64,000 bases of DNA from Lingula anatina (lineage: Eukaryota; Animalia; Brachiopoda): contig CM120640.1 of the NCBI GenBank assembly GCA_051362555.1, positions 65,946,788-66,010,787 on the forward strand, read 5' to 3'. Each line of letters begins with the position of its first letter. Position 1 is the first letter of the stretch. The notes below the pieces were generated by a model that was not told where the DNA came from, did no database searches, and saw only the letters and a list, made by a program, of their open reading frames with translations. Of this stretch, positions 24,557 through 38,038 are shown one piece after another. The position numbers were made by a program, and so were the translations under genes.

Positions 24557-27388
24557 TATCTGATGGATTCAACTTTCTCAAAGCCTGACACAGCTTCACA
24601 CGCCGGGTTCTTCCCTCCTTCTTTACTCAATGGCTGTGGGTTTAATATATCTGAAATGACAGAAATATTTCAATTATGTTAATTCACAACTGTCAATTCA
24701 ATAAGAAGTCACCTGTAATTATCTCCACTGAGGATTGTTGTATAATTGTAAGAATTTTGAATTGTTATGGCAATCCAGGCCATACAGACGTCTAAACAAA
24801 TGATACCTGGTTTCTATCTGTTGGCAAATTTCTGCTTTTGAATACTACACTAATGTGATTTATATTCTAATCTAAAGGTTCTGCTGATTTTTAATATGAA
24901 AATTGCCTTTCTTCATAGAATTTTTGCAATTTATGGGCCATTTGTATCCATCAAATTACAGACCACATTTTCAATTGTTATTCTAGCTGATATAAAATGG
25001 CCTACTGATGAAACCTGGCTTTGTCTATTTTTAAGGCAGGATCTCTATCTCATCAATACAATCATCAGTCAGTTTTAATCCCACATATGCTGCAACTAAA
25101 AGTATAATAAATCAATTCTAATATGCATTTCTGCTAAGTTGGATTATCAATTCCATTGTCAGTCTAATCCATTGAAATAAAGGATTAAAGAAAACCCGAG
25201 TACCACAAACCATTTCCTAATAAGGCTCTGCCTCATTTCTTTGCAATATGACTGTGTATATCTGATACCTGTCCCAGACTACTAAAAATTACTATTTACT
25301 TTTGCATATGTTTATCTAGCCCTGTAATCTGGGAGATATGCCAGCGTGCTATGCAGCGCATCTGTGTTCTCCAAATACCTCAAATTTGGCAAAATATAAA
25401 AATTGAGCAGATGTCTAAAGTGCACATAAATCCCCTGCACATCTGTTCCCCTCAAACTGACATCTTTCTATATAATAGTATGTATATAGAACATGTTCAC
25501 GGCTCAGGTATTTGGCTGAGGCTGTAGGGGAGGGGAGTGCTGGGTTCCACTACCTGAAGATTATCCTGCAAATGATCTTGAGAAACACTAAAATAAATCA
25601 ACCTAATGCCTTAAAAATCTTCAGCAATGAAAAAGACTGTTGAGGTCTGAGCTCCCATTCTCTGCCAGTCCACTTTCCAGCTTAACAATGATTGCAATAT
25701 TCTCATAATCTGCCAGATGAAGCAATTCAATAGCATAACTGTTGTAATGAAGTGAAAATTGCAGTTCCTATTTCAGATTTTTATTAAAATGTCAGCCAGG
25801 ATTATTGTCTCCTGTTCCTCTTCAAAATCAATACCCAAGTTATTTTACAATAGAGGTGGACAATTTTCACCTTACAACTATCTGGCTCATTAACACCTCC
25901 TACCTTATTACTCTTCTTGCCACGAACTGATTACAGCCCTTATTAATTTCCACGGCTAGCCAACACAATAAGACCCCCAGTTATAATGTCCACCTCGCTC
26001 TCCACAGTGTTACACAAATTCTAATTTATTCTAAGATCTCATAGTTAAGCTGTTAGCAAAACAAATCAAACAGAAATATACACAAACTGAAGTTCTCAGT
26101 GTCATGAAAGTCTTTCATGGCACGAGTTTGCATTTCATATCCCACTGAGTGATGAAACATTATATAGGCTATGTCACTGAATTAAAATTTCCATGCAATA
26201 AAGCTATTCATGAGCAATGTAAGCAAGCTGTTAAAACAACCATCAAAAGGTTTCCAATTTTCTCAATTTAATTCATTTCTGTACCAATACATACATCTGT
26301 GTTGTGATCATGTACAAAAACTTTACCAATGAACTTATTCCACCCTCAAACAAAGCCTATTGTTCTAAGGTTGGTAACTTTGCAGTCAACTTATGTAATA
26401 CTTTTAAAAAACACTGCCTGCCACCACTGCCAAGTCGATAAGCTTCTTACAAATTTAGTTGAAAGCCAACCCATTTGAAAAGCAATTTGCAATTTGGGCA
26501 ATAGAGCCCATTAAATTTTAATGACCACCTATTCATCAATAGTGGTCATCTGAATACAATTAGTAGTTTATTTATTTCAAAAGCTTGGGACCAATAATGG
26601 GACCCTGCCAGGCTTTTCAATCAATTTAATTTCCTTTTCTTCTTGCTAACCAAGTAATTAGGCTTGAAAATTAAGGCTTGCATCGTGCAAATAAATCTCA
26701 CCCTAATGACACAGAGTTTAAGTAATTAGATAGAAAATTCACATAGCCTACTTCCCCACAGACAATAGTAAAATTTTTATCAATTCCTGCCCAGGTGAAT
26801 TGGTGCAATATCTATTGAAATAATTGGATGCCTGTGTGTTTACTTGAAAAATACCTCTTCAATAAGTCATGTTTATTTTTATTCTCTATCATAAATGCCT
26901 AAGGCCTTGTGTAAATGCCCTGGACAAGTGTGTTAATCCACACTTATTTGCATTATTGCACATAAGCAAACATTTTAAAATTGCATTCTCCAAATTAAAA
27001 TGCCGCCTTTCCTTTAGTCATAAAGCAGAAATAAAAATCCATAAAATACAAAATGGTTTCAGCTAGTTCAGCTGGATTTTACTGCGAGAAATATTGAAAA
27101 TGCATGACATTAGCATAAAATCGATACGCACGTATCTTTGCCACTGAAACTACATTGATAAGCAATCAGCTCATTGAAGATGCTAAATAAAAATTTAAAG
27201 TTCAGCCCCCTTCACGTCGAGCTTCGGACAATAACACTACAAAGAAACACTGCTAACTGTGAAGAAATGAGGTTTCTTTTTCTACCAACCACAGTTATAT
27301 GTTCATATACAATTGACCCACATATTTCTTGATTAATGTACGACGAAAAATGAACTTTACGAAAGAAAATTGCAAAATTATCGCTCAC

Positions 27389-27509
27389 CACCGATCTGCC
27401 TGACTCTCCTCAGCCATCTTGCTATATACCCAAAATGCAATAGCAAAATGGCTGCGCCCAGTAGGCGAAAAGTTACCGAATGTTTATTGTAATTAGCAGA
27501 TGTTTAGAG
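27389..27509. promoter_or_regulatory. Bidirectional promoter with divergent first exons of the zinc-finger gene (-) and CAAP1 (+)
   Basis: - strand donor TG|gtgagc at 27388 and + strand donor GAG|gtttgt at 27510. Back-to-back YY1-like motifs (CAAGATGGCTG on -, AAAATGGCTG on +) flank a ZNF143/Staf-like TACCCAAAATGCAA (27427-27440). Only CpG-rich island between ~17 kb and the window end. Confidence 0.72.
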
Positions 27510-30500
27510 GTTTGTACCTATTTTCATTCCACGTTTTAATAAGATGTATACGTCAGTTACTAAAAGGGATTGTAAGCGAGCGTTATTTATCTATTATATA
27601 GCACCTCTAATATCATAAGGGCCGGGTACAACATCTTGCCATTTGTGGCAAGCGCAGTACCGAATCCACAAAACTTGTTGAGATAAAAATATCATTACAC
27701 GGTAAAATCACCACTGTCATGCACAGAAATACATAAATATAATTTAACAATTAACAGTGATGAACAGTAACCGTGATTAATTCGTGACTTTTTGGAAATT
27801 CCATGTAGAATGTGCGAACGCAAAGTTCGCAAGAAATTAATGTACTGTAATATTACACCTTCGCTTAAGCAGACTTTAAAGTTGTTTTTTTTTGCGGTAA
27901 CCCCCCCCCCTCAAACATAAGTATTTTATTTGCATTGTTTTTCAAAATTCAGTTATGTGGTAACTTTGACCAATCTCTTTTCATTTTTTTAATTAGACAT
28001 TTTTGCTCTCACTCTCTCTCTCTCTCTCCGATTTGTAACATGCAAAGCACAGGGTTTTATTATTAATGACCAAGAAATCGGAGTCCATTTGAATGTAGAC
28101 TTTTTAGAATAATCTTGCAATTAATTTTTACTCATGATAGAAGCTAGGTGGAAGATGAGTATCCTGATACCATAATATAACTTCACATATACCTAAATGA
28201 TATACTACAGTACATGTAGCTAGTTCAGTACTTGTGACACATCTGCCTGTTTGATGTTGATAACCAACTTGAAATCTTACTAGTTTTTGTTTGTTCTAAA
28301 TTAGAAAATAAGGTTGCCTTGGCATTTGCATCACAATCATTCAATAGGAAATAAAGCAGTAAGATTAAGAAAGTGATATATCCTAGTAAATCTGGCAGAA
28401 CATAAATACTAACAGAGGCAATTAAGCCTATACGTTTTAAAGGTATTTATGCAGTCAGTATAGTACATGTATGGGAAAAAATGGTTAGCATGGTTACATT
28501 TCATATACGTTCATTTCCATTATAGAAAGCAGTTACATATATACTTAATTGGAAAACAATGTTTTTCACATCCATTTTATCAGCACCTGTCCAGGACTTT
28601 TGTTCTTTTGAATCTGGCATTTAAAAGAAATTTTACCCTTTATCTAACTTTTTACAGTATAATTATTTGCTTTTCTTAACGAAATTGTTGAAATCTAGTT
28701 AGTGGTTCAAATTTTAAAAGATATTTGATGGGCACTTTTAGGTAAATGAGGCAGTAGGAAAAACCATAAACTGTAATGATTTAGTAGAACAATTTTTATG
28801 CATGTTTCTTCAGACTGAATGTCATCAATTGAGGCCTACAGTGTACCACCTAGATAGCTACCTAAGTTGTAAAAATACTACCAGCATAAAAATGTTAATA
28901 ACAAAACATTACATAAAAAAGCAATTTTCCAAAGTATTAACTTACTAGCATGATGTTATAAAGATCTATCCCATAAATGCATTCCTACAATCTGTAAGCC
29001 ATAGAGTTGGTCCTTCTTGCAAATTGTACGCTGAACCACCTTTTCTGGTGAGCTTCAGTTATACTAACCAGGCACACGCCATTCATTGACTGTACTCAAA
29101 GTAATGCCTATATATGTACACTTTTAACTTTACACCTAGCTGGATGTTATGTTTGCAAATGTAGACCACATGAAACTACATGCCAGACTTGAAGAGTTTT
29201 GACCTTAATCTGAGGTTAAACTGCAAAGCTGGTCTAATCTGATTTATGGTCAAGCATGCAAGGAAGACACCTGTTCTCAGAACTGAAATGGCCCATGATA
29301 TATATATATATATATAAAGTATGATATTTGATAGTCAGTAAATAATATAATTATTACTTATCATAGTAATTTTGCTAGATTTTTATTTTACACTTCCTCT
29401 TTGTTCCCTTATTTTAAAAACAATATAAAGTGGCTTGAATAAAAAATAAGGTAATTAAAATTTAAAATTTTAATGAATATAATTTAACAGGTGAATGAAA
29501 CCTAAAATCAACTTTGTTGCAGTTTATAAAAGATAATCAATTTAAAATCCATATAGATTCCTGAACCAATAAGTACATTTGTCTGAAAAAATAAAAGTGA
29601 CACCCCAAAACAGCCCATAAGATTTTTCATCAATATAGCATCAAACCACACAGTGAATAAAATGAAAAATATTTGCCAATAATTGCCCTACCTGTCCTGT
29701 GCTGCACCTGCTGCACTGCACTATAACACTTTGATTTTATATGTGTAGAAGAGTCTATTACATTCTGATGGTGAACAAAGGTTCAATGTAGTTGATTTTG
29801 TCAATGAGATGCTGTCACTTTTGCTTGTCCTGCTTGACTAAGTCATTATTCTTCTGGACCTATTTGGAGCTTAAGTTCTAGTAATGTAAATGAACACCAC
29901 AGCAAGTTTGCTTTCCTTTGTCTTCAGTCTCAATATTTTAAGGCCGGATTATTGGGTTTGGACTCTGACACCCTGAACTCAATTATGTCCAATATCCATA
30001 TTTTTCTTTGCAGTTGAGGCCTGTATACAATTGAAATTTTGATTTTCTTTAAACCACGCCTACTAAAAGGGCTTTGTCAGTGGCCATCCTACATTCCGTA
30101 CATAGTTCAATTTTACTAAGTTGATTTGATACATACATATGTGACCTCAGGTTTTGATACTCCACTGAGCTTTCAAAAAACTTTGTATTTGGTTGTACCA
30201 GGTGTCCTTGGTATTGCATTGAAATTGAGCAAATATTTGCTATTCAACCTCCATCTTCCCAATGACATTTCAAATGAAAACATGCTACAAATACAGCCTT
30301 GTCATAAAATATTCCATTTCACAACAAAATTGTATCAATAGCCCCATAGAATGTCAATATTGCATCAAATAACAAGATGGAGCAGACAAAGAGGGTCTTT
30401 TGGGAACTTCGAATGAAAGTGTTTTTTGTTGATTTTACTTTTTATTTTATTTTGATTACTCCCTTTGTTATTTCACTTGTTCATCTTCCTCACAAATATA

Positions 30501-33500
30501 TTAAAGTAAGACACAGAATAAAGAAAAAATTCTTTCATGTTGGTACCAAAAACATGCAAAAAGAAGTTTATTACCAAAGGCAAGTATGTACATTAAAATA
30601 AGAAAAAATTCTCTAGGACCATGTTTTAAATTGATATATGCAGACGTAAGATAAATTAACAGTAGTGCTAACATGTGAAAGTGACATAGAGGCACATTTG
30701 TAAAGTTGTTAACAAAATTTGAGCAATAGCAATTGCATTGGGTGTTTGCTAATCTATCTGTTTCTTTGATATGAAATCCCATTAATGCCCAGTGCAGGTG
30801 TTGCAGTTCACTAACATGGTATTAATGTGCAGGAAGCAATGAATATATGTTAAAAAACGGCCCCTCCAGCACTACATGCAAAGTAGATTTGGAATTGAAA
30901 ACAGACACTGAAATGTTTTCTGTTCTTAATTGCTTCAGACAAAATCAAAACATATTAAAAACTGCTTTCTTTAAATATAAACATTTTTAGTTGTCAAGTT
31001 ATCTTGTCTTGCAAGTTATTCATGTTACACTCAAATAATTTCATAGAAAAATAGCCAGAATTTACAATAAAACTTTGGAAATAGAATAAACTTTTGAAAA
31101 GATTGGTATTTTGTAAAAAATAGCATATTGAATTAAACTAACACTATACAATTATGACAGAAAAATTTTGCTCTGAAATATTAATATATATGCAGGAAAT
31201 CTAATTCTGTGCTTTTCTATTTTAGATATTAAATATAAAAATATGAAACAAGCTTTGGTCTTGAAGCCAAGTGTATGACTCCATTATTAATCATTTAAAA
31301 GACATAGGGGCCTGGGAGCAAATTTTTTGTATTATGACAAAGTGGGTTTTGTTATTGGATAAAGATATTGAAACTTCCTCTGTTGTTAAAAACATTAAAA
31401 ATTAAAATTGAACATCATGCACAGTGGCTGATTATGAAGAGAAGTGCTATTGAATGTGTCACCATGATAGAAGTCAAAAAGAAGACATCTGAAAAACATT
31501 TGTTCAGTGAAAAATAAAATTTGATGTAGTTGATGTTGAACATTTGGTAAAAGTAAAGGAAGTGTAATTAAAATTCATTCTGTGGTTAATTTTTGACCAT
31601 TATTTGACACCTACAGTTTTTAAGTATTTTTAAAGGTTCACAGTGATCTAGTTTGTGTGCAGATTCATTATTGGAAAAGGAAAGAGTTTTTTCTTTTGGA
31701 AACCTCCCTTTAAAATTGCTTCTGTACAGTTTAGGTTTGTTTTTTAAAAAGGAAAAAAAAAAAATATAATGATAATACCAGGATTTACAGATATATAGTG
31801 ACATCTTGCATGTAACAAGACAGTTGGTCATATAGACAACAGGATATTATCACTATGTTGCACACTTTTAAAATAAAGTAACCAAGTTTGACAGCTGCGC
31901 TATTTGCACCATGCAATACATTAGACCACAACATAGTGAACAAACATACCTGTGTAAAAAAGTCTGTTGATCTTTCCACCAGATGGTCGCAACAGTCGGG
32001 ATGCACCTTGTCTTGTTGAACACAAGTGTGAACAAAGCTGTAGAAAAGAGGTTGCTCTGGGCCATGACTGTCATAGCAGGCCTCAATATGGGGAAAAATG
32101 GCACTATTTCTTGTAAATTATGTAAATTATTGTTTTCAACTCATTGTGTCACTTAAGTAAGGCTATCACTGCCACCTGACAGGAATTCCTAAATGGAAAG
32201 TAGATATCTTTTAAACAACATCAATCTGGACTGGGCTTATTAATCGACACTGATAATTAGTCTGTGTTATTAATATAAATCATTTCAGATACTCAACGAT
32301 TGGGCCAAATGCCATATTTAATGCTTCCCATGAATTGCTAAGTGATATCAGTTTGTAAATTGTAAATGACAAGTATTCACCCTAAATATGCTTTGAAATT
32401 ATGGAGATGGTAGAATACATTGTTTCTTGTGGTTGGGGATTGACTAGATTCATGTTGGCAAGGAGAATAGTACTGTTAAGATGTTATTCTCTTTTTTGTT
32501 CAGTTATGGTACTCTTTAAAACCTTATATAGACTGTAAAACTGGGCTCCAGGAAGGCAAAGCCAGGCAATTTAATAATATTAAAAGAGCTGTACCAAAGT
32601 GTGCACTAATTACACTGATGTGTGTTCAATACTTAACTTTGAATTATATTTCAAGCACCCTTTGTTCTCAAGATATTTATATTCCTCCCTGCCTTTGTTT
32701 CACATTTTCACAAATTTAATTTCTGGTGTTCTGCAGCAGATGGCAGGTGTTCTCATAGCTAAATTGGATATTTTAATTGAATTTAAGAAAAATTGTAGTC
32801 TAAATTTATTGACTCCCGTTTCCTAGGAGAAAGAACTTATTGAAGCAGATAAAGATTCGTTGAAAGGAGAACGAAACAAAGACAATTATAGTGGATTAGT
32901 TGATTTCACTATTGGTAGTTGAATTAGCTTTCAGCAACCCAACTTAGCTGTTAACATACAAGTTTAATTTTATTTGTCATTTTTATTCACAGATACTGTT
33001 GTATCTGTGCATTATGCTGTCAACACTTATCAGAATTTCTGATAATATGTGTCACTCTCACCTTCTGAGAGGTGTAAAATCTGTTATGGATTGAAATTTG
33101 AATGTGCTAGTCAAAATCCTCAGGGTGTGGCAATGTATTTGAACATTTTGGAGGTGGCTTTAAATATTTTCCTATCACAGTCGAAGCTCATAATGGTTTA
33201 GAATATATGATATATATTCAGGTAATATTTGCACAGAAATGTACAAGGACAACCAATTTTTTAGTAAAAAAAAATCATTGTTATCTTAGATAAATGGGAC
33301 AGGTAAACATTGTTACTATCCTTTTAAATTGAGAGAGAAAAGAACTTAGTTTGATTAGTAATGTAACATATGGTGCTTTTAATACTGTACACGTTTATGA
33401 CTATATTGGACACTGAATCAAGGCGAAAGAACAACAACAGAAAAAAGCTTAAGCACTGTTGAAACAACGAAATGAAGTGAAATCATCAGAAAGATTGAAT

Positions 33501-34933
33501 TCAAATGTTTAAGCATATATTAAAACACCTGTAGATGTGTACCTGCTTTCTGTAAGCATCCTGTTTGCTATTCAGCTTCAGAAATAGAAAGCGTGATAAA
33601 ACTAGTAAGAATGTAAAATATTTATAGGTCTACCAGTAGAATTGAAATTCACAATTTCTATTGAGAAGTGAATATAAAAGTAACATTGCGAAAGGGTCAA
33701 CATTAAAATCATGAGAACAGGAAAAATGGCATTGTCACTTTATGATATGAAAACATTCATTTGCACCCGTTTTTATGCTCTTGCACAACACTTATACAAA
33801 CAACACAATGCACCAGCCTGTATGCTCACCTACATATGGCACACATGCACACGCACACGCACACACAGACACAAACAAATTGAAAGTATTGGCAACTTTC
33901 TTTCAGCAAACATGCCAGAGTTTCAAAGACTAAAATATTCATGTATCTACCAGCATAATTGAAATTTGCAATTTCCGTTGAGAATATTATGTCAATATAG
34001 ACCCGTTTTTTTATTTCATCAAGGATAAGTGGATTAACATTACAACTATATTGAAATGGAGCACAAAAACAATTTCACAGAAGCTGGGTGGCAGTCAGCA
34101 ATATCCCCCCTTGCACTCTCACAGTAGCATCCAGTTTCTTCATAAAATGTGTCAGAGGTTCTTATTAACATGTGCTTCCTGGACTTCATCTTTAAGGAAA
34201 CGGCACTTACCAATATAGACTGTTGACAAAACAATAAACAGAAAATTAAATTAGAATAAAAATGCCTATTTGTTTGGAATGAAACATGAATTTTATATAT
34301 ATTGATATATATTGTTCGCCAATTTAAATCATGAATGAAATGTTTTTAAATCACTAAATAATCTTAGCCATAAGGATTGCACAACAAAACATAGTTGGCT
34401 TGAAATAATGATAACTTTAAAAATACCTTCTGCCCCTGTTCTTGAACTATCTTTGTGGTCAATATTTTTATAATTGATCTACCTCATACTTAGTATAATG
34501 GAAAAAATAATTTAATTTTAGTCCAGCTCACACTAAACCTGTTTTATAAAATAGAATTGACCAGTCTTTGGTGTTTGCATTTTATTATTGACATTTGATC
34601 CAAATGTCAATATTATACCTGACTTCTGAAAGTCTGTCTCCAATTATGAATTTAACCTTTCAATTAAGTGGAAACTAAACGTCTAGGGATTTAGTTGCAG
34701 AATTGTATTCATTGAAATGCAACAATAAATGCTACAAAGGTTTGTAAAATGCAGATAAAGATAAAAGCTTTGTGACTAATACAGCGTTACCTTTAGAATT
34801 ACATCATCAGTGGTGTTTATAACATGCTGATTCTCTTAATGGACTAAATTGATAAAATTGACAACTTCCATATACTAATTACTGTTATTTACAACTATTC
34901 CTGCTGTTGTGATATGCATCTACTCATAACTGT

Positions 34934-35172
34934 TATATGTGACCTTTGGTATATGTGACCTCTGTTAGAGGTAACCTCTGCTTATCACTTATATGTGACC
35001 TCTGTTAATCACCAATATGTGACCTCTGTTCATTACTTAAATGTGACCTCTGTTAATCACTAATATGTGACCTCTGCTCATTACTTAAATGTGACTTCTG
35101 CTCATCACTGTATATTTGACCACTGTTCATAATGGATTTATGTGACTTCTGATCATCAGGTTTATTTGATCC
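34934..35172. repeat. 24-bp minisatellite, ~9-10 degenerate units
   Basis: Unit approximately atatgtgacctctgttaatcacta, decaying toward both ends. Confidence 0.9.
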
Positions 35173-37772
35173 ATTTTTGTGTGGAAACCACAATCACAAC
35201 ATTTGCACATTTTTTTCATTTTTGATTTTAACCTAAAATACTGCTTGTCAAGTGGCTTTCTATACAAAACACCCTTCAAAATTTGTGTGAAAGAAGAGGG
35301 ACAAAAAACATTTCTAATTCGAAACTCTAGTAGCCTTTAAATGATAATGTTTATCCTTTAGGGGATGTGAAGCCTACCTTCTGAAAACAGTACCCCACTG
35401 GAGCACCTTGCTCTTGGACTTTTTAAAGGTGCAATAGATTGAACCAAGTGTCAGTGGAGTGTGGATTCCCAGTAACACATATCAACCGCTTTTATTAATT
35501 TCTTATACAACTCAAATAACATTGACATGCTAAGGGATAAATGGAATTTATCACCTGATCATCCAGAAAAGAGCTTTAAACTGCACCTTCTTCAAATTTC
35601 TGATCTACTTATCTGCCCCATTTACACACAGCATGAAAAAGCAAGCAGAAAAATTAGTTCAAATATCTTTTTTCAAGGAATATGAATGATGTGATTTGTC
35701 ATTTCTCTGAGTTATACTATTTAAAAGTACATGGTGGCATTCGGTCGGCTTTTGTGGCAAAAAAATTGCCTCCACATGCATCTTTAATGATTATTTTGGA
35801 TCATTGTCTGATTTTTAGATTTTTTCTTTTTGTAATCATTATGGTTTATGCAACAATTGTTTTAATTCTTTTTAAAAGGAGACTTTTTAGGATCTGGTAA
35901 ATATGTTTGAAATAATTTTGCATGTAACAAATAAGCCTGAGGCTGTCAGAAGGAATTGTTATTCTGGAATGATAATCTTTTTTAACTGTTAACAGTGCTA
36001 AATGCTTGTGAACTCAAAGTGAACAAATAAAAATACTGATTCTTTTTTTTACTGCCCTAGGTTGGTGCATTTTAATGTTCAGTTCAATATATTGCCAATG
36101 ATTCATCTTCTGACATTACAATGGAATAATGACTGAGATTTCCGGTGTTGTCAACAAACCATAATTTTTCTTTTGATTATTTGGAATGACCCAGAAATTG
36201 AAGTAATGGCATGCAGATGTGATGGGATCTGCATATAAAATAGACTTTATGGAGTTTTGATACAATTTTGCATGCATAAACTTCCCCAAACTAATTCTGA
36301 GGTATGTGCTAAGAACAGCCCAACTTCTGGCTGCCATTTTTCTATATTAATATTTTCAAACCGTTGATTGCATGTACTTCATAAAGCTTAAATGTTTGTG
36401 TGTATGTTTCGTGTCAAGGATGGATCAATAATTTTACAGGTTTTGAAAGAAAGCCTTAAGCCCAGAAGCATTAAAACATTGACTACAAAGATTAATTGGC
36501 TACTCTGTGTGGATGGAGATCAAAGTAAGACGAAGTTGTCTTGATGAATTTTTACTTTACAATTGGACGGTCAGAAAATTTACAAGAAAGGAAGCCATCA
36601 AAGGAATAGGATATTTATTCATAATTATGTGCACAAATTCTAGTCTTTTAATGGTGTTTTTGATAGACTAATTGATTCCTCTAGTGGCTTTTGCTTTTCA
36701 TTATTTTGATCTTTTCATCATCAGGCGTTTATATGAAGACTGGCCATTGTTTTAAAGGGCATATGGTAAAAACACTAAAAATATACGTGTGAATTTTGTC
36801 AAATTCTAGATGTTAATGATAAAACCAATTATAACTGGGTTGCTCTATATAAAATGTGTTATATACATTAGTGTGCCAGCATGTGGAATATGATTGAAAA
36901 AATAATGATGGTATTTTCATGATCTTGTCACTGTGGGATATCATAAATTAACTGAATTTTAAAATTTGAAATGAGGGCATAACATATTTAGAGGAAAATT
37001 ATGCTGTTGGTTGAAGCAAGCCTATGAAACAAATGTAATGAAATTGAAAGACAGAAACCGGAGCATTTATGGTTTTATATATTTTTTTCAATCAAGTTGA
37101 ATTGCAGATAGATTAAGTGCAGTTGTGTTTCTTTTTTCATCAATCAATTTTTAATATCCCCTGGAGTGAGATATTAAGTCGAAGTAAAGTATTATGACTA
37201 AAGTGAAATGCTATTCAATAAAATTGGGCTGGAAGACTGAGAAAAGAAAAGGTATGGATAATTGATTGGATGATCTCCAATAGTTAATGTACATGAGTTT
37301 TATTCTTCGATGACCGCAGAGATTGACACCCTCTTGTTTCAATCTTGTCAGCACCACATGGCAGATATGAAATATCAATAGGACTTGATCTCCTATTCAA
37401 GAAGCTTTTCATTGTAAATGGTTATTTGATACACAGGGATTAAATTCTCAGGTTGATTTCTTCAAAAACACCTGAAATAACAAAAAAAGAGTTGGACTAT
37501 GCATGACCCTGCCCCTGTGACAGCTACATTATCAGCAGGACAATAGAATTTCCAGGAAATCCTGTCACTTTTTATGTAAGAGAAAGCAACAGGAGCTCTG
37601 TGATAAGAAGTAATAAGGGCTCATTGCAGCCAGGGAGCTCTTGATCTAATTAACACTTGTCTGCACTATGGTGTTAATAAGGGGTATGATGCAGGTGTGT
37701 GTTGGGATTGAAATAAAAACGTCACTTTTTATGTCAGAGATGTTTAGGAATGCATGATTTACAAATTAACAC

Positions 37773-38038
37773 AAAAAAGTCTCCATGTGAACAGTTGGAG
37801 TGACAGAAAAATAAATTTACTCTCAAGAGTAAAATTTCATTAAGAACAACAACTTGGTTTTAAATGTATCATATAGTGATTTTAAAATCTCTTACTTATC
37901 TATTTAAAAAAAGTCTCCATGTGAACAGTTGGAGTGACAGAAAAATAAATTTACTCTCAAGAGCAAAATTTCATTAAGAACAACAACTTGGTTTTAAATT
38001 ATGTATCATTTAGTGATTTTAAAATCTCTTACTTATCT
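37773..38038. repeat. Tandem duplication, period ~134 bp, two near-identical copies
   Basis: aaaaaagtctccatgtgaacagttggagtgacag...ctcttacttatct occurs at 37773 and 37907 with only a few differences. Confidence 0.95.

Noticed and set aside
34934-35172. Regular repeat as a CRISPR array
   Set aside because: Contiguous 24-bp units with no unique spacers, no cas genes, and a eukaryotic intron context.
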